Assembly: GCA_018398765.1 (NCBI GenBank)
Contig: JAHBMJ010000312.1
Span: 1-50,773, forward strand
Direction: 5' to 3'
Source of the DNA: Chromera velia
Taxonomy: Eukaryota
DNA: 50,773 bases
The notes under the pieces were generated by a model, which worked only from the letters and a program-made list of their open reading frames with translations, was not told the DNA's origin and did not search any database. Shown in pieces: positions 29,210 to 42,027 of this stretch (position 1 is the first letter of the stretch; every line of letters starts with the position of its first letter). The translations under genes and the position numbers were made by a program.

Positions 29210-31252
29210 ATGGTATCAAAAAAACTCCAACAAGCACCAAGAGTGCAGACTCCCGTGGGTGGGAAGACCAAGAAGCAGGGACCGAACAAGCCAAAGCCGA
29301 CTCCGCCAACTAAACCACACCGCAATGCGTCCAAGACGAAGAAGCCCGTGACTGGAAAAGGAAAGAAGAAGCACACGACAAAGATCCCCAAAGTTCCGCT
29401 TTGCGAAGCATCATCAGCATACACAGAACAGACAGCACCTCGTGACACTTCAGGCCCCGCCCCCTCAACGGCCTTTCCTGATCGGCACGTGATGCGAGAG
29501 CCTTGCCTTCCTCCCTCAAACGGTAACAGAGGAGAGACGAGGCCCCTCTACGCGACTGCTTCCGACACCACAGACTTCACACAGACCCGAAACTACACCA
29601 TCAACCCGCATACGGCCCTTTTCTTCGATTGGTCCGTCAGTGCACTGAAGAATAGGGATGTGGCCGGGTATTCTGGCTACTTCACTCGCTTTTCTCCTCA
29701 CCTGCATGTCGGAGATGCATGAGACACCAAAGGAAGCTTTCCTTCCACAAGTGTTCACGAGTGTCCTCTTATCTGTTACTCTTTGTCTGTATCTGCTTGC
29801 AGGGACGACACCATCCTTCCCACCTCTTGGCTCGAAGCCTCAGGGCTCATCAACTGCAAAAGGCGCCCGCTGACAGAAGAAGAGAACAAGCAGCTTCTTC
29901 GCATCTCCTCTGCTGCTGTGAGTGTCCTCGAACAAGCCTTGGAGGTGGGAGAGGTTGCCATCATCACCAACGCCTCGATGCGATTCTTTCAAGAAAGTTC
30001 CAAGAGGTTCCTCCCACAAGTCGCACAACTGGTCAAGGACAGAAACATAAGGGTCGTCTCCGCAAGAGACACATACCAGAGCATCAGCGCAGATGGACAT
30101 GTCTGGAAGGCAAGTTTGTTCTCATTCTTTCCCGTTTGACCTGCTGACTTGGGATTCTTGTCTGCTGGCTACTCTGCTGCTGTTTTTTGTTTTCTTCTGT
30201 TCATTCTTTTTCCTAGAGAACGCAGAAACTGCGTGTCGGGTCCAGGTGCACTCTGCGGACCCCTCTTCTACGTCCATGGCTGGGCTCATGATATGCATCA
30301 GACTTTCGGGACCTTGGTGCTGTGGTTATATAGCTATGTGATACTGTTTTTGCTCACCTTGAGTCCCTTCCTTCGTTTCCTTCTGCAGGCTCACGCTTTC
30401 AAGAAGGAGCTCGATCGTCTGAGCTCTATCGCTCAGGAGCTGTACCGCCAACAGGCACTGCGAAAGAACAGGCAGTATCAGCAGGGGGGGGGCAAAGAGA
30501 GAATTTCAATGAAGGTGGAAGACAGTCCTCCTTGTGTCGGAATGCGGGAGGCAAAGAACGACAAGGACATTCTCTTGAATCTGGTCTCCTTTGGGGATGG
30601 GGCACCCGAGAGGAGGGGGTTCCTTTGCGCAGCAAGGTGGGTGCGTGGAGGTCCTGAAATGAGAGTACGTCAGCAAGTGAGTGGATGAGTGCGTGCGTGG
30701 GAGAGAGGGGATGAGTAGCTGAGTAGGTAAGTGGGTGAGTCGTTGATTCACGGAATGGATAGGTGAGTGAGTGACTTATTCAGTGAGGAAGTGAGTGAGT
30801 GGGGTTGAGTGAGTGGATGCGTGGGCAAGTGGGTTTCTGGTCGTCTCGTCTTCTCCCTTCTTTCCTTCTTGTCTGTATTCCTTCCTCCCCCCCCCTCTCA
30901 CGCACACAGAGACAAGGAGAGAGGGGAGAGATCTGCTTTCTTTGCGCAGAGTTCTGCTGAGAGCTGCGAGAGATGAAGGAAAAAGGAAAGGAGTAGGACC
31001 AATCATAAGGTGGAAGGCAGTGACCTTTGCACTGGCTATATACACATCTGTATGTCTGTGTCTGCATGCATGTGTACGTATGTGTGCAGAGAAGCGGAAC
31101 GTGTCTGTCCTCTCTATTGGAAAGCTCTGAAGTTTATTTTGAAGCCGGACCCCCAGCAGATCTGCAGGCAGCTCGAGTTCCTATCGGCCTCCCTCTCAGA
31201 CGTTGTCGGCCATCAAGGAAGCATTGATGTGATGTTCGGCGCCAGGCTGTAG
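29210..31252 (+). CDS. HAD-superfamily-like conserved protein (exons 29210-29631, 29803-30109, 30389-30636, 31090-31252)
   Basis: Spliced motifs FFDWDDTILPTSWL, VAIITNA, VVSARD, WKAHAF, NLVSFGDGAPER and KALKFILKP are HAD-motif-like. Lys-rich N-terminus. Intron 2 uses a GC donor. Confidence 0.8.
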
Positions 31253-33559
31253 ACTGCATCATGTAGATTTCATTTCTCTAACAGATCAACTGAATTTTAA
31301 AAAAACAGAAAAGAATGGCAGAATGCTTGCGGGTCGACTGAGGAAGGGAACCCGGGGGGGGGCTTAAGAAAGAATCGGATTGTCTCGTTCGGTTTCAATT
31401 TCAATCATGCAGAGGGGAGGGAAAGAGAGAGAAGTGCCATTGGTTCGTTCATGGGGTCGAGGAAGAAGGGGGGGAAGTATTGACGTGAACTTAATTCCTT
31501 CTGTTGGGGTCTGACTGGGGAGGGGCGTGTGCGTGCCCTCAAGGGGGTTTGTGATGTAGAGGGGGGCGGGACGAATCACGATGGTGGGGAAGAGTGGGTG
31601 CGTTCTATTGACAGACCAGAATTTAATGCTAAGCGGGTGGGGGAGATCCGCAGGTCAAATTTTAAATTGGAGCAGTAGAGCTGCCAACAACATTCTGTAC
31701 AGTTCGCGAAAGGGAACGACGCCGTTGTGTTTCCCTCTACTCTCAAGACATGGCTGCAATCGTTGCAAGTCAAAGGTGCATGTCTCGTTGGACATCTGTG
31801 AACTTGTGACCGAACACAGACACACAAAGAGACGAAATGCTCGAGGTTGATTTGGAAATTTTACGTACGTGCTGTTCGCGTGTGCACGCCCGTGATGCGA
31901 AAAGTGCCTGTGATCACATGTGGAGTGCTGTGTGAAGGAAAGTATGGTCATCGCAACGTCTGACTGATGGACTGAAAGCTGTAGCTGCTCTACATGCATG
32001 CTCATCACATCGTGGCCTTCCTTTTTTCTCTGTTGCGTTTTCACAAGCAAGGAATCTCCTCCTTCTCTTCCGTCTCTCTTCCTCTTTCGGCCATTCGTCA
32101 GGATTGATATCATCCGTCTCTCTCGATTGGCTTCTCCTGACCTCAAAACATTCATTCGATCGCCTGCGCATTCAACATGAAAGGACGTTGACGATGTGCA
32201 GGGGGGGGGGGNGGGGGGGGGGGGTGTCTTGTCTTGAAGAATTTGAATTTATATGTCTGTCTGATTTCTTCGACCAAAACGGAATTAAGAAAGCAGAATT
32301 AATTCGACCTGCATGCAGAATTAAGCGAACTTTTGTAACCCGAATGAATAAATTGAAGCACGCAGCCAGCCCATGCAGAAAGGAAAGGGGGCCCTGTGGT
32401 CCGAGCTAGGTCTCTGAATTCTCCCTGCATGAATGCAGTGCTGCTCGCTTCAGCAAATGGTCCATGCATGCAGGCATTGTACCTCTCCACTCTGTGAACA
32501 TCAATCAAGCACTGCAGCGTCTGTGTTTGTTTTTCTTTCTTTCTGTCCACTCGGTCTGGAGTAATATCGATATGTCGGCATGCATTCTTTCCTCTCTCTG
32601 CATGCCTCTGAGGCTTCTTTCTCACTTCCCTCTGACAGAAGTCAAATGCAGGAGCCTAGCTGTCAGTTGAGCGCCTGTCGGACTGACTGCCACTGGGGCA
32701 AGTGAGTGACAGGGGCGGGAGAGGGAAAGAAAATGAACCGGGGCGTGAGGGTGTGGGGGAAGCATGAAGAAGAGAGCTTGAAGAGCTCATTGCATGATTC
32801 TACTAGAGTTTGAATTTATGGGGAGGCAAGGAAGGAAGGAAGGAAGGAAGGAAGGGAGGGAGGGAGGGAGGGAGGAAGGGAGAGAGGGAAGGAGGGAGAT
32901 GATTCCTAAGGGAAGAGCCCAAACAGAATTCGGTTCGCTGCCAGGAGGCATCAACAATTGTTTTCAATCCCAAATCTGCACATGTATTCAAGAACCAACC
33001 TCATGCGTCTTGAGAACGCAATCCGATGTTCACACTTAAGGAAGTTCGATTCGATTCGAAAAGCAAAAAAAAACGAGCCACGGTCGATTCTGAGATTGAC
33101 TCAATCACCTTGGACTGCGTTTTTGCTTTTTCTCTGGCTACAGCTTTCTTCAACCTGCAGCTCGGCAAAACTGCTTGGCTAACTCTGAGCACGCTTGATT
33201 CGGTGTTTTTGAAGTTTTCAACATATTCCTCTCCTAGTTCCTCTCATTGAGTTTATGTCTGACACTGTCCTTGTTTGACCGCGCTGTTTTCAATTTCCAA
33301 CTTTCCAATTACAGTGCAGAGTCACACTGCAGACTCAGAGACCTAGCTGCCAACCTAGCTGCCAACGCGTAGCGCCGGTGGCGGTTTAGAGTTTCAATCA
33401 ACAGCTAGCAAAGAAATCAGCAATTTAATTGGTATCAGCTATTGAATTAATCTAGGAATTAATCATCTATTCTAAGGTCCGTAACGTGGGGGGGTTTAAC
33501 GAACAACGTTCAATTTTAGGTTAAATTATTAATTGTCTAAGCATTGAACTTACCTTTCT

Positions 33560-34112
33560 TACACTTGGACTTTAAGAGTTACCCGGATAGCGCAGTAACT
33601 TTATGGTCCACGACCCCCTAAAGTTACCGTACTTTAGTAACTTTCACAAATGCCCCAAAGTTACTAAAGTTTAGTAGGAAAGCTATGTTATCATAATATA
33701 TCATAATGAAACTAGTGTTTACACCGTCTTTTAAACTAAAGTGACACTGTTTTAACATGTTTTCTCTACTTTAGATATGCAGTAAAATGATTTAAAGCTG
33801 CAATCAGTTCAATATTTTAAATTAGTTGAAACATTTTTAATACTTTACTATAGGCTACTAATACCGTCACTTCAGAGGCTTTTTTGAGGCCATCATCCAT
33901 GATTCAGTGCCAGACTCATCGACGAATCATCATGCTTAAACAGTGCTTCTTTAGACCTTTGGATGCAGATTTACTGGCCGGGTCTTGACTGCACCATCAC
34001 TGCGGAAAAATTCGGTCCAAAATTGAGCCCGACAGTCACCAACTCTAGTCACCAACTATGACGTTTAGCCGTCACAGACAGTCTGAGACAGACAGACAGA
34101 CAAACAGACACC

Positions 34113-34145
<33 letters not shown>

Positions 34146-34558
34146 CTGTGTGAATACACCCCTTTACAGAGGCGAATGCGGACCACTTTCTTGTATAGAA
34201 GTTCTTGTTCATCTGTCATGATCTCTATTTTGAATCACTACATCAATAAAAGAGTGCCTTATAGTGTCTTATACGCTGTTTTGTAGTCACTATAAGCTTA
34301 AACTTAGTATATACTTTCACTTGTAGAGAAAAAGACGAGGAGACAGGAAGTATAACGGTTCTTAACTATGCGGAGACGCGTGGGAACAACCCCGAAAAGT
34401 CTTTGAACATGGCATAGAAAAAAGTAAAATTATGGTAACTTAACCTCTAGCTCTAGCAGGTTAAAAAAAAGCCGTCGGTAACCCATAAAAAGTTACGTAA
34501 TTCTAGTAACACGACTTTTTTGCAAAAGTTCTTTAGCAACTCTTAAGGTCCAAGTGTA
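33560..34558. mobile_element. Non-autonomous TIR element (999 bp) with 8-bp TSD (hAT-like)
   Basis: TACACTTGGACTTTAAGAGTTAC matches the reverse complement of the right end, TACACTTGGACCTTAAGAGTTGC. Exact TSD ACCTTTCT (33552-33559, 34559-34566). Sub-terminal GTAACT/AGTTAC motifs. Confidence 0.9.
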
Positions 34559-34853
34559 ACCTTTCTTGTATGGGCTTTCTATTGCTGAATTCTAGAATCG
34601 ATCGCAACAATTTCTCTTTAATTTTCATAATTTTGAAATTCCTTGCAATTAAAACAAATAGAGTGGGAATCTGGGATTTTCAAGTTATTTATGCAAGCGC
34701 TTTCCAGCTAAGACCAACCATGTATGAGATACTACATGAAATAAACGTGGCCATAGTGTAAACTAAGGTGTAAAACAAACCAAAATTGATGTTAGTGGCT
34801 GTATATGCTAGTACATATGCTAGCGTGTACATATTTTTTGTATCTTGCATGAA

Positions 34854-34927
34854 CATGGGCTGCTGGGAGCACGGCTCCACTTTAGCAAAGCCAACTTCAT
34901 TCATTCATTCATTCATTCATTCATTCA
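34854..34927 (+). mobile_element. Possible non-LTR retroelement 3' end with (TTCA)n tail
   Basis: CATGGGCTGCTGGG... is followed by (TTCA)n at 34896-34927. A similar arrangement lies inverted at 48617-48707. Confidence 0.3.
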
Positions 34928-35074
34928 TCAAAACTGATCTAAAAACTGATATTAAACTGACAGCAACAAATACTCACTAGAAATAAGCAGTCTAGTAGTC
35001 AGAAGTACAAAAGAATTAAAAACATTGAATTAGAATGGTTCTTTTTGGTTATCTTTCTAGTTATCTTTTTGGAT

Positions 35075-35729
35075 CAGGGTATAGAAAGTAGGTTAAAACC
35101 TAAACCTAACCGACCTGGCAGTCAAATTAACCTAGGTTAGGTTAAACCTAACCTGATTTAACCGCGGCGGCCGGCCTAGCAGCCGGTCTGCACCGTGTAA
35201 GAGCATGAAGGCGTCCCCAACCGGTTTCTGCATATAAAAAAAAAATGCATGCATGCATTTATCACAAAAACGGCTGCTCAATTGATCTTCGATCTTGTAG
35301 ATCCACATATGAATAGCATGATCAGAGTGATCGTACAGAACGTGTGGCAATTCGAGTCACTGACTGATCTATAAGAGGAGAGCGCAGGCAAAGATTGAGG
35401 GAACAGACATGTCGGGACAGGAAAAGAAAGACGGAAAGTGGAGGGAGTAGATAGACATTGATAGTGTATATTTATTATGATTTGTGTATATGATGGTATA
35501 TTTTTACTATGAATTTATGATTAGTATAAGTACTAGACTACTAGTGAGTCATAGTGACTGTCTATTAATTGTACTAGTCTACTATCCGGGGGGGCTTCGC
35601 CCCCCTAGACCCCACTATGGAAGCGAAACCTGGTTTAACCTAAAAAACCTTGTTTAACCTACTTTAACCCAAACCTACAGCCTCAATACCTAACCTAACC
35701 TTTTAACATAACCCACTTTCCATACCCTA
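35075..35729. mobile_element. hAT-like MITE (655 bp)
   Basis: CAGGGTATAGAAAGTAGGTTA matches the reverse complement of the right end, TAGGGTATGGAAAGTGGGTTA. Exact TSD TTTTGGAT (35067-35074, 35730-35737). Sub-terminal AACCT/CCTAA motifs. Confidence 0.9.
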
Positions 35730-36316
35730 TTTTGGATAGACTTTTCTCTTAGCATTTGAATCACATTAGGGATCATATTGTGAACTAGATTGTGAATTAA
35801 TCTAAGCGTGAACGGTCTAGTATAGTCATAGGAGGAGTTATTTGTCATTCACATTACACTTGAGAGACAACTGGATGGATTAAATCCCTGATAGTCTATT
35901 TATTCCGCCTTATAGATCCATTCATGCAATTATCGTTAGTCCAAAAACATACGGCGGTGCTTATATTTGCTCGTACTGTTTCTTATGCAATTACATCATA
36001 TACGACACCTCAATTTTTTAGTGCTAGAATCGTCTGAATTGCTTAAAGACTCAACGGGTTAAGTATTAAATTCCTTTCATTCAAATGACCACACCGGCTT
36101 CTTCTTCCTTCAGTTTGTATTGTTTGTTCTTTTTGCAGTGATGTTTTCTATCTTTTGAGTTTTTGTTTTCCTTCTCATTTAAATGGAGTTAAGCTACCAA
36201 AAGAACTTTAATTGGACGGAGAGCGCCAGCGGAGAATTACTGCTTCTTCACGATGAAACCGAAACGTGTCGCAAATAGGGGTTTGATGCAGCTGCAAACA
36301 AATCACACACTTAAAA

Positions 36317-36420
36317 TCAGCTAGTTTCTGCGGAAAGAAGGCAGAAATTGTGCTCAAAATACCCGCTTCACACTCAAGAAATGTAAAAAGAGAACACAAA
36401 TATACATCTCTCTCTCACAC

Positions 36421-36452
<32 letters not shown>

Positions 36453-36793
36453 TCACTCTTTCAGTCTCTCACTCTCTCACTCTCACTCTCACTCTCGCTC
36501 TCGTACTCTCGCACACTCTCACTCTCACACTCTCGCACTCACTCACCCTCTCACTCACTCTCTCACTCACTCACTCACTCACTCACTCACTCACATGCTC
36601 ACTCACTCACATGCTCACTCACTCACTCACTCACTCACTCGCTTACTCACTCACTCATTCACTCACTCACTCACTCACTCACTCACTCGCTTACTCACTC
36701 ACTCATGCAGTCACTCACTCACTCACTCACTCGCTTACTCACTCACTCACTCACTCACTCACTCACCACGCAGGAGAGAGAGGGGGGGAAAGA

Positions 36794-36833
<40 letters not shown>

Positions 36834-37631
36834 AAGAAAGAAAGAGAGAGATTCGGAAATGGAGGGGAGACAAATTAGAGGAAAAGAGCAGCGGGAGATA
36901 GAAGAAGAAACACCTTCCCTTCCCGCGAGGATGGCTGACAAACCTCCCACGGCGACGTGAGTCTTCATCTGAACAGGGTTGGGAGCTGCAGGCGGAATGA
37001 ATGCAACGGGAGAAACCTCTTTCCTAATGAAATGCAATGGGAGAAATCTTTTTCCTAATGAAATGCAATGGGAGAAATCTTTTTCCTAATGAAATGCAAT
37101 GGGAGAAATCTTTTTCCTAATGAAAAGCGCTCTTCATTATGAAAACCAGTCTGTTTTCAGCAACAAGACTTCAGAATCGAGTCAGGATCTTCCCAAAGTC
37201 AACGGGAAATTCGTGAGTGAGTGAATAAGTGATTGAGGAGTGAGTGAGTCAGGGAGGTGTCTGAAGATTCCTTTCTGACTGTCTGAAGGCAGCCCATGCC
37301 ACGGGCTTCAGCTCAGTACAAGAAGTGACGTTTGTGTCAGCACAAAGCTAGGATGGCTGAGGATACAACTATGGACAGACAGGTGCATTCAGCAACGAAG
37401 AAGGATTGAAGGATTGAAGGAAGGAAAGAAGGAACGAAAAAACGAATGAAGGAAGCAAGGAAGCGAAGAAACAGAAGAAGAAAAGAAGAAAGAAAGGAAG
37501 GAAGGGGGAGGTGGGACACACAGGGAAAAAGAGAACAAAGAGAGCAGACGGTCGACTCACTGTCCAGACTTGTGATTGTGTAGTTTTGAGGCTCTGCATG
37601 CAGAAAGAAGTTCGAGACAATTAAGCGAGAA

Positions 37632-37672
<41 letters not shown>

Positions 37673-40600
37673 GAGAGAACGAATGTTACGACAGGAATGC
37701 GCGCTTTGTGAATGCATGCACCTTTAAATCAATCCCACGAACACTCAAGTGTTCGATTTAGACCTTCCTTTTAATCTCTCGAGAGAGCCCTCCGACAAAT
37801 GAAAGAACGTCTCTCTCTCCTGACAGAGTCTGAAGTGAACGCAGTCGACCCGACGGACACAGACAGAGAAGATAATGGCTCAATTTTCTTGGGGGTCTGA
37901 AAGAGGCTCGTTGGTCACATCCGTTATCGGAAGTCATTCGGGCAACGCGTGATCGAGTCGCAGGCCTGTCGAAATGATGTTGTTTTGTTTTGTTTTGGTA
38001 TCGAATAAATTTCCTTGTTTTTCTTGAGAGTTCTTCATACTCAAAAGAAGTCAAGTAGGCATTTGATTCTTTTCTATCATTCGGCTGTGGGGTCCTCATA
38101 AATCAGCTGTTGTGAGACCTCAGACGTCATTTGCCTTCCCTCTCTCTGCAGAATTTGACTGAAGCAAAAGAGAGGGACATGCAGCAAAGACAAGAGTCGC
38201 CTGGCTGACCTGCCACTTGGGTGACCTGTACTGGCGGGGGCTCTGCAGGCATGCAGGCACAAAGAAGGAAAGTAAGTAAGGAGAATTAATTGCTCCACAC
38301 GTTTCATTCAACACGCGGCACAAATGTATGTGTATGACGGTGTGTGTATGTCCTGTAACGAAGGAGGTGCTGAAGAAGCACGCTCTTTTTGCATTGAACG
38401 ATCCTTTAAGAAGAGCTGGCAACCCCGTCAAGGCGAAAGGAGGGATGTCTATGTAATGGTACCAATGCGTGTAGGTCTTTTTGCATTCAGTATGCACATA
38501 AAACTTCAGATCATGAGACCCGTCGAAAGCTAACTTGAGAATGCGCAGAGTGTCCTTGTCGGGCATGTCAGGCAAACGGCAAATTTCATGTACAGTTTGT
38601 TTTGCTCTCTAGTGATTGCTCCAGACAGTCAGGCAAGCCGTGATTTCCATCGAGAGATCCATCTTCGTTGCATCACAGGCCTGAAGCATGCGTCCCCATT
38701 TTATTTCTGTGGGCCGCTTTCTAAAGCTCCGTCTCCTCCCTTCTCTCTCTTCATTGGAAGGGTGTCAGATCAAAAGGCAATGACTGACGGTGAAGCTCGG
38801 TCACCATGATTGGAGGGGGCTCTGCAACAGACAAAAGCAATTAATTGGGGGAGGCAAAATGGGACAAGTGAAGGGGTTGCAAGGACCGCACGCACGACGG
38901 CACACAAGGGAAAATTCCGCATAGCAACACAAAACGGCCGGAGTTGTATGTCTCGATTACTTGACCGACCCCGCGGGAATGACAGGGGGTGCATGCAGAT
39001 TTACTCCCATGGAAAACAGGGGGATTCAAAGAGAGAGGATCGAAATTGATCGACACGCACACGGAAGGACGGACAATATTTCTGTCTTTTCCCTTTTTTG
39101 AGGAACACTATGCACAGACGCAGAAGAGCACCGGCAGGCGTGCAAAAACGCAAACAGGCAGGTAGGCAGGCAGATACACAACAGAAAGCTTTCAAGGCAG
39201 AAAGGCAGACAGACGGACAGAAAGACAGGCGAACAGACTGCCAAGGTACATAGGGAGACAGGCGAGCAAACAGACAGACAGGCAGACAAACAAACAGAAA
39301 AACAGAGAGACAAACAGACAAACAGACAAACAGACAGACAGACAAACAGACAAACAGGCAGACAAACAGACACACAGACAAATAGACAGAGCAGCAGGCA
39401 GGCGCACAAACAATGAGCCTTATTTAGAATCGAATCATGGCGTAAATTGACTGACGAACTATCCGTTGGATGAGTACAGGAGGCGGTCCTGCAGGACATC
39501 ACAAATCAGTAAAGAAAGAAATCAGTGAAGCCCCGATGACTATCTACGAAATACGTCATGAGCTGAAAGCAGGTATGGAGAAAGAAACCCTCTTGCAGTC
39601 CACAGGAATCTCTCCCCACCCTTACGGAAGGAAAAGAATTCGGAGGACAAACTAAGAAAGAAACCATGCAGCACTTCTGATTGGCCCCCAGCGAAAGATT
39701 AAAAAGTGCTCGCGAGGCTCGCTCCGACAATGCCAGACAGAGGCCCCCGATGCAATTGGAAGGAAACTTTCGGAAAAGCAGAGAAGCACAGTTTGCCGGA
39801 TGGAGAATCAAACTGACTTGCGAGACGGCGAATGTAGACGGGAGGGGCATCTGCACAGATTTCGACAGTGAGAGAAAGACCGCATCTGCTGAGAAGACTG
39901 TTGACAGTGATGTTCTCAAGAGAAATGTTCAGGTGGGGTAGGTCTGTTTCCAAAATGGGCGAGAGGAGGCGGAAAGTCTCCTTTAGAGTTGTGTTCTGGC
40001 TTTCTCGATCATTTTGCCAATTCATGTGAGACTCAAAGAAAGCGGAATGCCCGCAAGAGAGAATTGAAAAGGGGTGTAGTTCACAGTTTATTTGTTCAAG
40101 TTTCGACAGGGTTCTTGGAGTCTACGGTATGGTAAAGTTTTTTTTCGTGTGTAAGTTCTGGACATTTCCTTTCCGTTGTCCGGGGTGACGTCAACACTCT
40201 GCTTGATACCAGCATGAAGCACGGAACGTTGCCCAATGTACTCACGTGCGACGCTGTGAAGGTAGACGGGATCCAGTTCTGCAGAGAAGAGGAAGGAGGA
40301 TGGAAGCACCACACTCGTGTGTGTGCGTGTGNNNNNNNNNNNNNNGGGGGGGGGGGGGGGAGAAGGCGCGAGCGCGTTGTATATCTACGTCCCTGCGCCA
40401 CTGTTTTATCTGCCTGCCTGCCTGCCTGCCTGTCCTCTCTCCTGTCTGCATGTACATTTGCATGGCTGTGTTAGTTTGTGTGCGTGTAAGTATCTGACAG
40501 AGGCGTCGGAGGGGGGGGGGAGTAAATGAAGCAAAATGAGTTGAAATTGACTCACTTGCAACTGAGTGCACAGTCCCCCTGGGAGTGAAGCCACTCAGTG

Positions 40601-41133
40601 CAGGTGTTGAGGCTGTCAAGTCGTCATTCTCGAGGTCTGCAACACCATGCAGTGGGGCGGAAAGGGAATGAATGTATTTAAAATCAGGGTTCAAGCATGT
40701 CTGCGGGGCATGCAGAAATTTGCGTGCGTGCACTTCTGTTCGAGTGGGACCGGCGAATGGACCTTTGGAGCGAATGAAACGGTGACATACAAGACGACTA
40801 GCTAGTTCATGTGCAAGTAAGGTGCAATTCCATGCAGCCATAATTGTCATGCAGTCTGAAATGCATGCATGCATGCATGGGGACAGACATTTATTAGGCA
40901 GACCGTTTTGAAAGGCTTGATCCTCTGGGGTCAGGGCCTTCTGCTTTGTTAGAAGGAAGGAGTAGGCTGCATGCATTGCAGAAAGACGCAGGAATGCATA
41001 CAGGATTCTTGGCTTCCTCTTCTTCGCAATTTCTGCAAGGAGAGGCTCACTTACCGCCCTTAGGAGGTTGATTGCTGTGAGAAGAAGCCAGGTGCAAGAT
41101 GCAAAGTGCAATCACAGAAAGGCACCGCAGCAT
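36317..41133 (-). CDS. Secreted micro-exon repeat protein, ~157 aa (exons 41133-41055, 40966-40904, 40636-40556, 40278-40246, 39850-39818, 39488-39456, 38821-38789, 38242-38210, 37593-37561, 36985-36944, 36327-36317)
   Basis: Signal peptide MLRCLSVIALCILHLASSHS. All introns are phase 1, ending in GCAG and starting with GT. Six exons are exactly 33 nt and encode related 11-mers (KLDPVYLHSVA, HAPPVYIRRLA, RPPPVLIQRIV, QPPPIMVTELH, QPPPVQVTQVA, EPQNYTITSLD). The last two exons are less certain. Confidence 0.8.
36410..36850. repeat. Compound (CA)n/(CTCA)n/(GA)n microsatellite, intronic
   Basis: Directly visible; source of the spurious His-rich ORFs. Confidence 0.9.
36996..37125. repeat. 31-bp tandem repeat, ~4 copies, next to the acceptor of exon 10 of the micro-exon gene
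   Basis: AATGAAATGCAATGGGAGAAATCTTTTTCCT at 37026, 37057 and 37088, a degenerate copy at 36996 and a partial copy at 37119. Confidence 0.9.
39195..39400. repeat. (CAGA/CAAA)n microsatellite, intronic
   Basis: Directly visible. Confidence 0.85.
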
Positions 41134-42027
41134 TGGCCCCACTACTGGACTCAGTGCGGACTGCTGCTGAGCACTGGAAGCCACGCGTGGTCTCACCAGT
41201 CCACTCCGATCGTTCGATGCACGTTCTCAATCTGTGCTAGCTGTGAAAGGAATTTTTGTGCATTGCATGTCAGGTGGCAAGGAAAGCTGGGGCCAAGGCA
41301 AACCTTCGACAACTGGAGGTTGATTATTACTGCACTGGTTCTGAAGGACATCTGCAGGCATGGAAATGTACAGTGTACTGAGCGAGTCGCATATACGACT
41401 GACTTCTGACACGTCCAGCGTCTATAATTGAAGAGAAAGCCTAGCTATATATATATATATATATATATGTACACAGACTGCACACCTCGAGCACTGCATG
41501 GGTTCAATTCGCTTCATGCTGCGTATTAATATACATATCGGTACATATCGGTACCAAAGCATGCATGCATGCAGCTGTCTCGCGCGCGAGAATGCGCGCG
41601 ATCGTGGTTCTGTCACTTCAAGCAAGGGCCGGGGGCCACGGTTGCTTTCTGCGATTTGCTACGGCACGACATGCCGAAGCCGAATTTTGTCCCGCCCCGC
41701 ATGCAGTTGCAGCGATCGGCTGCCTGCAGGTGATCGACGTCAACCCGTACGTAGTAACGTCAGGCTCCATTCAGGCTCCCGTCTCGCATGATCAGTTCCT
41801 GTGTTGTACTCGCGTACACGACTTCACCAGTCACCGCTCTTCTGCAAAAGCTGTCCTGCGCGATTCGTCTGTGTCACTGTATTTTAGACGTGTGTGCTCG
41901 AATCTTCTGGGCCCTGGGTGAAATTTTGGAGACAAGGTCTCTGGACACAAGAGAAGTCAGAACTTTTTTTGTTGAAGCTTTGCTTCTCCATTTCTCTTGA
42001 TCGAGCAAGTTTTGAACGGTGTTCAAA
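41134..42027. promoter_or_regulatory. Putative bidirectional promoter region (micro-exon gene / SDHA)
   Basis: Lies between divergent ATGs. (TA)n at ~41445-41468, GCATGCATGCATGCA at ~41559-41573 (TGCATGCA is a known ApiAP2-bound motif) and CGCGCG-rich tracts. Confidence 0.5.

Noticed and set aside
31253..33350. Genic-composition stretch with short ORFs
   Set aside because: No recognisable protein or consistent splice model; may be UTR or an undetected gene.
36996..37125. 31-bp repeats as a CRISPR array
   Set aside because: No spacers; a simple minisatellite.
38416..38450. Extra micro-exon candidates (DIPPFALTGLP here; APPVIPAGSV at ~38960-38995)
   Set aside because: Each lacks a properly placed GT donor or AG acceptor; possibly decayed copies but unsupported.
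40242..41111. 289-aa minus-strand ORF as a single-exon gene
   Set aside because: It crosses an N gap and low-complexity intron sequence; only the parts matching exons 2-3 of the micro-exon gene are credible.
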